Assembly (NCBI GenBank): GCA_002269645.1
Contig: NIVC01000434.1
Location: 248,001 to 312,000 of the forward strand
Reading direction: 5' to 3'
Length of the DNA stretch: 64,000 bases
Source: Macrostomum lignano
Taxonomy: Eukaryota
The position numbers and the translations under genes were made by a program. Under the pieces are notes generated by a model. That model made no database searches, had not been told where the DNA came from, and worked only from the letters and a program-made list of their open reading frames with translations. Shown piece by piece: positions 35,230-47,913 of this stretch (position 1 is its first letter; every line of letters begins with the position of its first letter).

Positions 35230-36135
35230 CTTCGCGCCACTTTGTCATCATGAGAGAGGAAAGGAGAGGGAATAAGAGCCGGTAGAAAATAAGAGATAAG
35301 AGAAGTGAGGAGAGGCGAGAGATGGGATGAGAGAAAAGGTAAGAGATAAGAAGAGAGAAGAGGGGGGAGAGAGGAGAAAAAAGAAGAGACATGCAGGAGA
35401 GAAAAGAGAGGGGAAAGAGAAGACGGGAGAGGAAGAAGAGGGACAGAGGAGAGAGAAGAGGTGAGAGAGGAGACGGGAGAGGGGGAGAGGAGACGAGAGA
35501 GAGAAGAGAAGAGGGGAGAGAGGAGAGAAAAGGGGAGAGAGGAGAGAAGAGGGGAGAGAGGAGAGAAGAGGGGAGAAACGAGAGAAGAGGGGAGAGATCG
35601 AGGAGAGAAGAGGAGAGAGAGGATAGAAGAGGGGAGAGAGGAGAGAAGAGGGGAGAGAGGATAGAAGAGGGGAGAGAGGAGAGAAGAGGGGAGAGAGGAG
35701 AGAAAAGGGGAGAGAGGAGAGAAGAGGGGAGAGAGGAGAGAAGAGGGGAGAGAGGAGAGAAGAGGGGAGAAAGGAGAGAAGAGGGGAGAGATCGAGGAGA
35801 GAAGAGGAGAGAGAGGATAGAAGAGGGGAGAGAGGAGAGAAGAGGGGAGAGAGGATAGAAGAGGGGAGAGAGGAGAGAAGAGGGGAGAGAGGAGAGAAGA
35901 GGGGAGAGAGAGAAGAGGGGAGAAAGGAGAGAAGAGGGGAGAGATCGAGGAGAGAAGAGGAGAGAGAGGATAGAAGAGGGGAGAGGGGAGAGAAGAGGGG
36001 AGAGAGGGGAGAAGAGGGGAGAGAAGAATACTAAACGGGCCGAATTGCGATTGTGAAGTTTCAAACGACCTGACTGCCGTATAGAGAGGCTTTGCGGCTG
36101 CATGTGGCCCACGGGCCGGAGTTTCCTGACCCCTG
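35230..36135 (-). mobile_element. hAT-like (CAGGGGTC-start) non-autonomous element carrying an expanded GGAGAGAAGAGG purine minisatellite
   Basis: The minus strand starts caggggtcaggaaactcc..tttgaaacttcacaat.gcaat.cggcccg, shared with 48695-49240. A CT-rich repeat follows. Confidence 0.6.
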
Positions 36136-36819
36136 TCCTATAGAATGAGATGAATAAATACGATGACGATCTGACCAGCAACCAACTAAACTTTTCTTTG
36201 CTACGATTCTTTCCTTCAAACTTTCAAAAGGATTGTAGGCTTACACGAAAAATACTTTAACAGAAAAATATGTTCTAGTTCGAAGCTGAAACCGAAAACA
36301 AGGATTTGTTAATCTGTTTTACAAAAACCGAAAAGAATCACATGATAAAAGCTAATTCATAAATATTGTATATGGCAATGTAAATAACAAATTGTTTTGG
36401 AACCGGGCGAAAAAAAAGTGTTGGGAATTTAAAAGATATATGAATGCTTTGAGACAAGACAATATTTGTTTAAATTTGGAATTAACCGGGTTGCCAAAGA
36501 AAAATAATTGTCGAGATAAAAAGTTTAATGACTGGATTGAATGAAAGCGTCTACCAGCTCGACAGTTTATAAAAAAAGTTGCAAAAGAATGTTAAATGAA
36601 AATTCTTTCCGCGGTGTTTATAGATACATTTCGTAATTTCGTAAATTAATCCAAAATTTGTTAGATTTTAGGGATATTGAAAAAACAATATTAAAATATG
36701 GACATAGCGCATCTGTTCTATAAAGCCATTGTACGATAATGACAATTAAAAACATGGGATTTTTCAGTCACGTTAAAAATAATAAGCTAGTAATTTATAA
36801 TAATAAAAATTGATTGCGC

Positions 36820-37005
36820 CCTAATGGGCAGAAACCGACAACTCAGCCGCAGCTATTTGCGCGGCGCATCTGAAGGCTGCGTACGGCTATTACGGCTGCG
36901 TACCTAAAGAATGGTAAGGTCTTTTTCTGTGTACTTTACGGCATACGTTCTAGGGGGTTGTGGCCTAGTGGTTAGAGCGTCGGATTCACGACTTGAAGGT
37001 CGGGT
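36820..37005. mobile_element. SINE family A fragments (3' part on -, 36820-36900; tRNA head on +, 36953-37005)
   Basis: ctcagccgcagcta..catctgaaggctgcgtacggct and gggggttgtggcctagtggttagagcgtcgg. Confidence 0.7.
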
Positions 37006-37084
37006 TAATGACAAATTAGTAATGAGACACTAACTGAGTGTGAGTGGCTGTTTACAAAGTCTAGACTAGACCGCAAATCTGGGG

Positions 37085-37498
37085 TAAAGACCCAGGGGTG
37101 GATTCTGGAGGGTAAAGACCCAGAGGTGGATTCTGATTCTGAATTGGATTCTGAAGGGTAAAGACCCAGAGGTGGATTCTGATTCTGAATTGGATTCTGG
37201 AGGGTAAAGACCCAGAGGTGGATTCTGATTCTGAATTGGATTCTGGAGGGTAAAGACCCAGAGGTGGATTCTGATTCTGAATTGGATTCTGGAGGGTAAG
37301 ACCCAGAGGTGGATTCTGATTCTGAATTGGATTCTGGAGGGTAAAGACCCAGAGGTGGATTCTGATTCTGAATTGGATTCTGGAGGGTAAAGACCCAGAG
37401 GTGGATTCTGATTCTGAATTGGATTCTGAAGGGTAAAGACCCAGAGGTGGATTCTGATTCTGAATTGGATTCTGGAGGGTAAAGACCCAGAGGTGGAA
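37085..37498. repeat. 46-bp minisatellite, about 9 copies
   Basis: Unit ggattctggagggtaaagacccagaggtggattctgattctgaatt. Confidence 0.95.
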
Positions 37499-37529
37499 GT
37501 GAAAAAAGTTTACCGATCCCTGATGTAGA

Positions 37530-37670
37530 TGGAGTAATTTTGGGTGTGTGTGGCGACCCCTCCAGTCTTTGGACTGAACAGCCGTACGCAGCCTTCAGAT
37601 GCGCCGCGCAATAGCAGCTGAACTGCTGAACTGCTGTCGGTTGCACATCAATTATTATCATTAGTATTGT
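37530..37670 (+). mobile_element. SINE family A 3' part
   Basis: ggactgaacagccgtacgcagccttcagatgcgccgcgcaatagc..gtcggttgcacatc followed by an ATT-rich tail. Confidence 0.7.
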
Positions 37671-37775
37671 TACTAAGCGAAAATGATGGTCAAAATAGAG
37701 TTACATGCATGTACAAGTTGAAGCAAGTCACTGAATGGAAGCAAAGCTCTCGGTTCAAAGCTATTTTACTCGCAT

Positions 37776-38060
37776 TCAGTACAAGCTGAGAACAACCGGG
37801 AGGAATTCCCTCACCTGCTGATTGCACTGCAGAGCGGGGCACGTCGGTAGAAGTTGATGCGGCGGCCGGTTCCAGATGCTCTGATAGCACGCAGTGCACA
37901 GCGAGGCGTGGCTGCATGGCATACAAACGTAAGTCACTTCTGCTTCTTTGCAGCGTGAGCAATGAAGAAGTGGGGATTCCAGACGCTCCGGATGCGAGAT
38001 TACTCTCGAAGGTAGCATCTGTGGTGGATTCGTTTGGGTCGGCCCATTGAAGGCCGCCAT
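37776..38060 (-). CDS. Small RING-HC (C3HC4) finger protein, 94 aa
   Basis: CSRC-x9-CMPCSHASLCTAC-x13-CPALQC..V fits the zf-C3HC4_3 pattern. The ATG has good context (gcctgcATGg). A strong acceptor (ttccctgcag) lies 48 nt upstream, with an in-frame TGA between it and the ATG. Confidence 0.72.
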   Translation of the reverse strand: MAAFNGPTQTNPPQMLPSRVISHPERLESPLLHCSRCKEAEVTYVCMPCSHASLCTACYQSIWNRPPHQLLPTCPALQCNQQVREFLPVVLSLY

Positions 38061-38326
38061 GCAGGCTTTGTCGAGAGTACGCCCAGTCGATCAGGTTGGA
38101 TGATGCAGCTGCAGGGAAGGTTGGAAAGAAAAAATGTAAATGCATGCACATTGGAGTTCTCGATTCAAAGTTATTAAGCTACACCAGAATAGCAGTCTTA
38201 TTTACAGTCTAGAGAATAGCAGTCTAGTACAGCTAAGCGTGCCGGACAGAGCTCGCCTACTGACAAGTAGAAAGCATAGTGTGTGGCGCGAAAGTATTGC
38301 ATGGGGTATCTATGAGATAATTCAGC

Positions 38327-38961
38327 TCATAGATACTAGATGTGTCTATGGTTCAGCTCATAGTTACTAGATGTGTCTATGGTTCAGCTCATAGTTACTA
38401 GATGTATCTATGGTTCAGCTCATAGTTACTAGATGTGTCTATGGTTCAGCTCATAGATACTAGATGTGTCTATGGTTCAGCTCATAGATACTAGATGTGT
38501 CTATGGTTCAGCTCATAGATACTAGATGTGTCTATGGTTCAGCTCATAGATACTAGATGTATCTATGGTTCAGCTCATAGTTACTAGATGTGTCTATGGT
38601 TCAGCTCATAGATACTAGATGTGTCTATGGTTCAGCTCATAGTTACTAGATGTGTCTATGGTTCAGCTCATAGATACTAGATGTGTCTATGGTTCAGCTC
38701 ATAGATACTAGATGTGTCTATGGTTCAGCTCATAGATACTAGATGTATCTATGGTTCAGCTCATAGATACTAGATGTGTCTATGGTTCAGCTCATAGTTA
38801 CTAGATGTGTCTATGGTTCAGCTCATAGATACTAGATGTGTCTATGGTTCAGCTCATAGATACTAGATGTGTCTATGGTTCAGCTCATAGATACTAGATG
38901 TGTCTATGGTTCAGCTCATAGATACTAGATGTTATCTATGGTTCAGCTCATAGATACTAGA
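38327..38961. repeat. 31-bp minisatellite, about 20 copies
   Basis: Unit atagatactagatgtgtctatggttcagctc. Confidence 0.95.
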
Positions 38962-40807
38962 AGTTATCTATTGATTTAGTTGGCACTTTGATTTGATCAC
39001 AGACACTTTCCAGGAAGGAACCGCATATTAATTATTAGCAGCAAAGATTGGTAAGAACTAGCCAAGGATTCATTGATGGTTGCGTTGAACGGTAGCTGGG
39101 TTATACGAGTATTGATTTTCCCTTTGCCTAAAGAAAAGCATAAAGACTTCAGCACTGAGCAGGAGTACACTACCGATGCTATATTGAATTTTACAGTCTA
39201 TCGCCAAAATAACACAAGCTGACTACTAAATAAAAAACCTAATTTTAGGTAGTTTTGTGAGCTTCACTTATGCCTATAGAAAATTAAAAGGGATGTTTCC
39301 GTAATGTTGCTGTAAGGGATCTAATGCAATCATGTACTTGGCAATATTCCTAGGAAAAGTTTTTTAGTTTATTGATTTGAACTTTACTAGTTCAAAAAGT
39401 CACTCGCTTCTTTCTTCTTTAAAACCCCAGATAAACACAATTTTTATGCCCTTCTGCTTGACTTCATCAAGAAATGACAATAGTGTACGAGCCTATGTTG
39501 TATAGCTAAGTTTAGTGAATGATATAGTCAAATCTATATGGCAAAGGACGTAGTTAAGTGTTATCGCATACCTGGGTTCAATTGCGTGTGTTGCCACGTT
39601 AAATTTGCACGACCGGGATCCGCTGTATACTCTGTGTTCTCAAGGGCCGTCAGAATAGGCATAACTAGTTTCCTTCTCTCTCTTAACTTGTACATGTATA
39701 GGTACATGTACGAACTTAACCACAGGTATCCAATTATTATATGCTCTCTTTTAGCATTTCTTGTGTCGTTTATAATACGAGCGTACTTTGCTGATTAAAT
39801 ATACTAAAATATGCAAAGATATCCTTATACATACATTTGTGTACGCAGAGTAATCACAGAATGCTCATTCGAGTTTCCTTGCTGAGAATATCCAACTTAA
39901 AAAATGCGATTGCCTCTTCCTAGTTAAATCACCCTACTTCTTCCAAGATAGCAGCCAATCAGGTAAGTCGGAAGACGGAAGAATCGTTTAATTTAATGAG
40001 CGTTGCAGAAATTTACGAGTTATACCCATATTTTTCTACTGCGGTTAGTAGCGCGCAATGATTTTTTCAGTAGTAGTGATCCAAATTCAAGTTTTATCAA
40101 TTCAGTAAGATTAATTAATTATTATGATTCATTATTTTGGTTATAAATAGCCTTAGAAGTACTCGTAGTGGCAATAAACAATTGAAGTATAGCTTTGTTA
40201 AAGTGCTATTTATTCAAACAGTCAGCCAGTTTAACTACAGGACACTCAATCTTTCTGTCATTCCTAGTTTAACCTAGTTACCTAGTCTAGTTAACCTTAT
40301 AGTTTAACCTTTCATTCCTAGTTTAACCAGTTGGACTAGGAGTTTAACTAGGAATAGGATTCAAATTTCCTAAGCAGGACGCAGTGGATTAAATACTTGC
40401 GTAATATAGCTTCTAGCTTCCAATTTGGTTTTTACTGCGTCCATTCTGGTGCGCTAATTGCTTAAATCCCTGCAGCAGATTTCATTTTCACCATCACTGA
40501 AATCACCAGACAATTTCGTTTATTTCACGAACATCAAACTCCAAACGCCACCAGTCAGGTATGCATTCACTGTCCTTTTTCTGTCCACCAGACTTATTTT
40601 AACGTAGTATGCATGGTCCTCTGCGCAATTCTTTACTTTAGCCATCCATGCCTTCCAGCTGTTTCCCAAACGGCTCGCACTTAAAACCAAATTGATCTCT
40701 GTTGTCTATGGCTTTCTATGACTTGTCTGTGTCAAATATCTACGCACCGATTTAAATAAAGAAAAATCCAAAGAGGACGCAGAAGGTAGCTCTATAGAAG
40801 AAGTATA

Positions 40808-41107
40808 GGGGTTGTAGCCTGGTGATTAGAGCGTCGGACTCACGACTTGAAGGTCGAGGGTTCGATTCCCGATCCCACTGGAACACTTTGTGTCCCTTGA
40901 GCAAGACACTTAACTTTGCATTGCTTCAGTGCACCCAGCTGTAAAATGGGTGCCAGCATTAGCTGGGGTAATCGACAGTGTGTGGGGACCCCCCAGTCCT
41001 TGGACTGAACAGCCGTACGCAGCCTTCAGATGCCAATAGCTGCGGCTGAGCTGTCGGTTGCACATCTGCTCATTAATAGGGCAGGTGTATAATCTATTAT
41101 TATTATT
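40808..41107 (+). mobile_element. SINE family A, full length
   Basis: tRNA head, CORE-like centre, 3' domain and (ATT)n tail. Confidence 0.88.
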
Positions 41108-42389
41108 TATATATTATTATATGTAGTACACTGTCCGTCAATTTGGAATGAAGTTAGCCCTCTTTACATGCAGCACTTGTGCATGGCTATGACTGTCTCA
41201 GCTCAGGCGCAATCGTGAGAGAGGGTGTCTCTTGCAGAGATAATGATTGTACTTCCAAGTTTGAAAGGAGAGGCAACCAGCACTAATCTTTAGCCAGTCG
41301 GTAAAACTGCTACTGGGTCTGTTCTACATGTACAACAGCATGCTTATTCTATTGAAATTTCGTTATTTGCTTGTTTTATGGTGTCCCGCTTATCTTCGTC
41401 AGTGAAAATTATTTTCATACATAATTCGCTTTCTCTTCAGGCTCTGAAATACATGTATTCTCGTATATCCCTCGAGCTTTTAATAAAATAGCATTCATCC
41501 TGAAAATAGGCTACCCTTCTTCAATCCTTGAATTATGCGCGTACGCCGCACACAATTACGTTTTGAAAATTTGCTACTTGGCTACTAGGAGTAGACTATA
41601 CCGTACATATTTAGCTGGGGATCTGCGATATTAGTAGAAGTTTGCCCGCAGGCCATTCTGCCATTATTATGCATGGTTTAGACCATGACAGACTATACTG
41701 CCCTGGATTCAAAATTTATTTTGTTGATTTTTTATTCTTGATAGTGCAAATCAACCTTGATCTTGTCTTAATTTCTATTGTGTTTAGTTCCAATGTCTCT
41801 TTAACATTGACGTTTTTTTATTTCCTTTTTTATCTATGAACTATCCTGTCAACATAGACGTCTGGGGATAAACATCTGGGGTCAACCGTCTGGGGGTAAA
41901 CGTTTGGAGGTAAACGTTTGGAGGTAAACATCTGCGGGCAAGCTTCCTGCTCGATAATGACGTACTCCCATTTAATAAACCGCGTATTTCGCACAGGGAA
42001 GCTGGAATGAGGATTATGTGGTGTTCTGTACATACGTATACCGGTGTAGCTTGTACTAACATTGGCTAGATGTCCACTTTAGCCTCGGCTAGGCAGAGAA
42101 TTGTCGCAGATCTTGGCTGTCAAAGAAACTGTCGTCAATCTGAGGAGATAAGGAGATGTTAAGATCAGATTTGGGGTGAAAGTTTAGCTACATGCTTTTG
42201 GGTGAAATAATGTTCGGTTGTACTTTTCACTTCAATCACTTTAATGCAAACTTACTGGAGTTAGCCTAGTGTAATGTAGTCTAGTGCAGGGTCGTGCGCA
42301 GTGACAGCTGAACTATTTGATTCCAGAACCTCGGTGAATCTGTGGGATTTCAGTGCAAACTGACAATGGTATTACGATAAGCTCAATGC

Positions 42390-44790
42390 TCAGCTCATAA
42401 TGTGACGCTACGAGTATTAGATAGTTGCTGCTTGATTCGGATTTGCCTCGGACTGCCCCGGGCTATTCAGCGGCTTTCCCATGGATCTGCCCACTAAAAA
42501 AGAGCATGCTTTAGGCTCTAGCTATGAGAGTCGGTAATAATCATATAGTTGAATTTCTATATTGAACCACCGGTTTGCTAGCAACATTTTTTCGATAATA
42601 TTTAAGGATTATTAAAATAAAAGTCTAAAGATTATATATAATATATTCGCTCTTGGGTTAATCAACTGGCAGGCTATGCCACATGCTTCATAAACAGCTA
42701 TGAGTAGTACGTACACGCGTCATATGCAAAAGTTACATCAAAAACGTACTCTGAAAGCAGTATACCTGGCTTGTACATGTAATGTACCAGCTAATATTAA
42801 AAAACTGAAGTTCTCTTTCTTAAGGGCTTTTTCTCTTCTCTTCAGGCCTTCCCTTATAAAGTACACTTGTAATTTCCAAATGGTCTATACCTTGGACGCA
42901 ATCTCCCCGCCTCTGCGTACAATGCTTTGCCTGCCAAGAAATAAATGTCTTCTTTTTCGCATTGGCTTGCTCCGCGGGAAAGCCATGGGACGGCCGCGGA
43001 ATTACCTTTAACACAGTTGCTTAGCTGTGTCCAATGGCTAGGAGTGCACAGCTATGGGGTACGGCTTTCAAATGCTTTGCATGGCTATCAGGCCTCAGAG
43101 CATAAAAGTTCCTTAATACTCTATCCTCCCACTCCTGACACAGATGGCCAAGCCCCAAAGGTAGCGAAGGTATGGCGAACGTCTGGTTTCTATTTCGATT
43201 ATTTCGATGATAGCTGAGAGGACAGCGAAAGACAAACAGAGAATTTGAAAAAGTAAAAATCAGCTAATCTCCGGGAGATTAAGCTAATCCACCCGAATCC
43301 ACCCGTGCAAAGTGGCTGACTAAACCAGCTCTCTCAAAATCGGGTTCCGAGACTAGAAGGGGCTCTCAACTGACAACAATCTCGAAGTCATAGTCGATTA
43401 AAGGGACACTGCTGGGACTGAATTGTACAATGCAGACCCTGGTCAAGACCCCCTATAAGTCCTTTCTGTCCCTGCATGGTCAGTACAATTAGGGGGGTCT
43501 TGGCCAGGGTCACACCCTTCACATTATTTTTATTTATTAGCTTCGAAAAAGAAATTTGGTTCTATACGCTTTCAGCCTGCAACTTGTACAGTGTGCAAGA
43601 GCGTGTAAAGCACAAGTGTACCACAAACATATTAGTTTAAGCAGGAAAAAAAAGCAATGGATTATAGATCATTTGACAACTGACAACTGTGGTATTAACA
43701 ATGCCGAGCTCACAACGTATTAGATAGCATTTGGTTTGCTCGGACTGCCCCGGGCTATTCAGCGGCTTTCCCATGGATCTGCCCACTAAAAAAGAGCATG
43801 CTTTAGGCTTTAGCTAAGGAAGTCGGTAATAATCATATAGTTGAATTTCTATATGGAACCACCGGTTTGCTTACAACAATTTTTTCGATAATATTTAAGG
43901 GTTAATAAAATAAAAGTCTTAAAGATTATGTATAATATATTCGCTTTTAGGTTAATCAACTGGCAGGCTATGCCACATGCTTCATAAACAGCTATGAGTA
44001 GTACGTACACGCGTCATATGCAAAGCTAGCTCATACATCTAAAAGTAAACGTACTCTGAAAGTAGTACACCTGGCTTGTACATGTAATGTAACCAGCTAT
44101 ATAAATAAAAAACTGAAGTTCCCTCGCCCGGGTGTACGCCCTTCTCCCCTCTCCCTTACAATGTTTTGACTGGCAAAAATGTCCATTCTTTTTCGCATTG
44201 GCTTCGCCGCGGTAAAACCGGGGGACAGCCGGGGAATTACCTTAACGTAGTGCTTAGCTGTGTCTACGGCTTTCAAATCCTTTGGCTTATCAGGCTCCAC
44301 TCTGGCCTCCCACTCCTGGAAGATTACCAGCTGACAGGTTGAACGGGAGAATTTGAAAAGGTAAAAATCAACTGATGTCGGGAGATTAAGCTAATCCGCC
44401 GCCATCAACCCATGCAAACTGGCCCACCAATCAGCTCTCTCGAAATGGAGTTCCGAGACTAAGGGGCTCTGAACTGACCTGCCAACCAGTGTATTTTTGC
44501 TGCCAACAATATCGAAGTTATAGCCGATTAAAGTGACACTGCTGGGACTGCATTTGCATTGACCATGCAGGGACGGAGAGAACTTTTTACAGGGCAGGGG
44601 GTCGTGGCCAGGCTGCTGCGGCACACCCATCAAATTGTTATAATCATACTATTCTCTCTTTGGCGTCGAAAAAGAACTCTGAAATCTGTACGCTTTCGCG
44701 TGCTTTAGAACGCACAGTTACAAGTGTACAGTTACAGTAGCTACTTGTGCATGAGCGTGAAAAGCACCAATGTATCTTACCACAAACATA
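42390..44790. repeat. Diverged tandem duplication, unit about 1.29 kb, containing minus-strand exon-like islands
   Basis: cggactgccccggg occurs at 42449 and 43741 (offset 1292). The first ~290 bp are near-identical and the remainder is colinear but diverged. Confidence 0.85.
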
Positions 44791-45089
44791 TTTGTAGATT
44801 ATTTTTATCGCATTTTTCTTATATTTCTACTGTCAGTAGAGTTCTAATAGAAGTTCAGTACAATTTATGCTTGCTACTTTTGTTGTACGCTTTATTTTAA
44901 TTTAATTTATCGATGCGTCAGTTTTTTCGGGATTTCGTGGCGGCTTAGCCATGCAAATTCATATGCAAAGTATATTGGAGCGGCTAAATATTGAGTCTAT
45001 AGCTCACTTATTTCTCTACTGCAACTACAAGTACAGCTTCAGTAACTCAACAGTTAAATCAATAGTGACGCAATTCAATTTTGTGCTAA

Positions 45090-45200
45090 AGCCTCAGGTG
45101 CTAAACCCCTGGTGCTAAACCCCTGGTGCTAAACCCCTGGTGCTAAACCCCTGATGCTAAAGCCCCTGGTGCTAAGTGCTAAAGGACCTGGTGCTAAAGC
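45090..45200. repeat. 14-bp tandem repeat (GGTGCTAAACCCCT)n
   Basis: About 7 copies. Confidence 0.85.
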
Positions 45201-45829
45201 CTCTTCAAAGTCGGGGAGAGTATTGGCGGGGGGAGGCTTCATAAGACTGAAATTTCACAACGCCGAAACATCATATAGTTGATATAATTTAGCGAAAAGA
45301 TATTGTGTATTTAGTGATTCTTAGAAAGCTCGCCAACGCAAGAACCCCGGTAGATTGCCCCCAACATCTTCCCCCAGTGATCTTCTCCCGCCAATATTCT
45401 ATTGTAGTACCCCGTGATATTTATCAGAATTTTATTTTCAAGCTACTGCGAGTAGCATAATAAAGAACTGCCTCACGAATACAGTAGTATGGATAGATGG
45501 ATGACTGCATAAGCGCGAACAGGCACAAGCGCCCCTGTGTATGTCTTGAAACACTCTTGACACGCTGTCTTGACATCTGCACTAGCGCACACGCGCGCAG
45601 CAAAAGTCAGTCAGCCGCAAAGGACACTTCTAAGTGGCTGCCAAAGGCAGCGCCGTCGTAAGAGCTGCTGCTGAACAGACGATGTCGGTGTCTGCAGAGC
45701 GACCCCACCATCAGGCAGGTGCGGCTAAACATCCAGCGCCCTCAGGAGAAACCGACGGCCTACGATCTCGTCTGGTGTTCTGTAGAGTGGCACGTTGGCA
45801 CCGTTCCAGAACGCACCCCACCCTTACCC

Positions 45830-46330
45830 CCACCCCACCCCTTGGCTGACGACGGCTTTCCGCTGCGCAGGCGTCATGAAGAGAAGCGCCTCAGGAGTGC
45901 TTGGCTACGCCGACAGCCTCGCCCTTCTGTCATCAACTGTTAAAGGCGCCCAGCGCCAGATCGACACGCTGACCAAAGTGGCTTCCAGACTCGCCTGGGC
46001 GGCCTACCGATCCATCCGGGCTGTCCTTCCGTCGGAAGCGCTGCCCGACCGCGAGACTCATGTGGCAAGCTGTGGTCGACGCCGTCCTGCTGTACAAAGC
46101 CGAGATGTGACGCTGACGGCTGGAGCGGCAGCTGGACTTGGCTCCCTGCTCCGTGCGGCCTTTTGAGCTAACGAGAGCATCGGGACAGAGGCCCTGTACC
46201 AAGAGGCTCCAGCTGGAAGGCTCGTTCATCATCCTGTGTCGGTGGGCGACTTCAACTGGCGGGCCCCGCGATCCGGGCCGATCGAGAGCTGTTGCCCCCA
46301 GCCTCTCAACAAGACGTCCTGATGCTTGCA
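45830..46330 (+). mobile_element. Degenerate RTE-type LINE RT/3' fragment
   Basis: LGYADSLALLSSTVKGAQRQIDTLTKVAS (YADD region) and WQAVVDAVLLYKAEM*TLT..LERQLD, read across frameshifts. Confidence 0.75.
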
Positions 46331-47913
46331 CCTTGCATCTGACGCACCCTGACCGCATGACCTTTCTTTTCTGGGTTGCGTCTTTTAATTGTGTATTGGT
46401 GTTGTTGTTATCGGAAAGTAAAAGTCTGCAAGTAGTGAACCTGATCCTGTGGACTCTGGTCATACTAAAATCCAATTTTGCTCTTATTTCCTTCGGACCT
46501 AATCAAAAAGGTGCACTGTTTCCCGACAATGCTGTGCCACTGTTGTGCCAGTATAGTGTGCTCTTGTGCTGGTACGCGCTTGTGAAAGAATCCCTGGACA
46601 AACGATTTTTTAGATCGGGGCTGCTTCTGAACTTTGTGAGTGGTTTAGGAGCGCAAATCGAAAATGTAACAGGATTAAACATTGATTGGTTCGGTTCTTA
46701 CAAGCATTCACTGCTCTGCTTCGCTTGTCTGGCTTCAATTGAGTCACTTTTCCGGCTCGCGGTGGCAGATTTTACGCAAGTAGTGGATGGATGGAAAAGA
46801 AAGTAAGTTTATGGAAAAATATACAAAAATTGACTGCAGGATACAATTTTATGAAAATATAAGTATATAAGTCTCTACCGATGATCATATGCATATACTC
46901 CTATTAAATGTACATACGCTTGCTATCATTATTTTTTTAGCATAACTGGCTATAGATCTCAGAAATCTAAAAAACTTTAAAAGAAGCACTGGCATTTTCA
47001 ACCTCATCAGTACCTTAGCTACAGCTAAGTTAAAGAGAATGTCAACTATATTTGTCTAAAGTCTGATTCAGCCCTAGCCTTAGTGGGTTTATAGGGAGAA
47101 ATGAGGATATTTCGTCAACGTAAGTCTCTAGAGAGCAAGTTGGAGAGTGTCTGACGTCTCAGTTTCGTGCTTGGACAGCTGGAGGACTTCTTGGGTGCTG
47201 GAGAACCCACAATGATGTGCATTGCAGAGAAATAAGCTGGCATAGGACCAACATTTTTCCTCTCTATTATCCTACTAGATAGAGGATTTTCAATGATTCT
47301 AACTCGTTGACTCATCGAACAATGTACAGTTTTTGTGCTGCTTGTGTAAAAACCATTACACAATATTAGATACACGTGAATAACACTGCCACTGCAATAA
47401 CATTATGGGGCACAATGGCAGTTGGATTCTGGTTTGTGCATATCTTTGATGAGTTTTGCTAGAACTTCTGAGAATTTCTCGATATTATTGAGTCAATGGG
47501 TAAAGTACTTTATCCTCGGCAGTAAGGCATTTAAAATTTAAAAAAAATTATTTGGTTATCTGAGATTTCCTGTTCAAAGTGATCACGGGGAGCACTATAA
47601 AAGTTCCAAGCACACTGAAACAGGAAATGAACTTCACTTTCTACTCAGTCCTGTTCTCGTAATTAGGAATCTTTGATCTCGCAGTCCTCATTGTTTCTAA
47701 ACTGTGAACGGTGTAGTATTAAGTAATAAGCATTCTGGTCCATCTCAAAATCCCTCTTATCGGCAAATTTCCTAGGGTCCACTCCACGCATTGATCCAAT
47801 ATATGAGTGGCGATTTGTGGACCGCTTAAGTAGTTAGTTCGGTTTTAGGAGTGTCCACTTCCCCTCGTGACAGTTAGCAAAAATTTAATTTATAAAAAGC
47901 ATCCTACTGCCAG

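Noticed and set aside
40808-40880. tRNA gene (also 13855-13925, 24764-24830, 56679-56750)
   Set aside because: The A/B boxes are present but the anticodon stem pairs poorly. Each head is followed by the same ~230-bp body and tail, which marks them as SINE heads.
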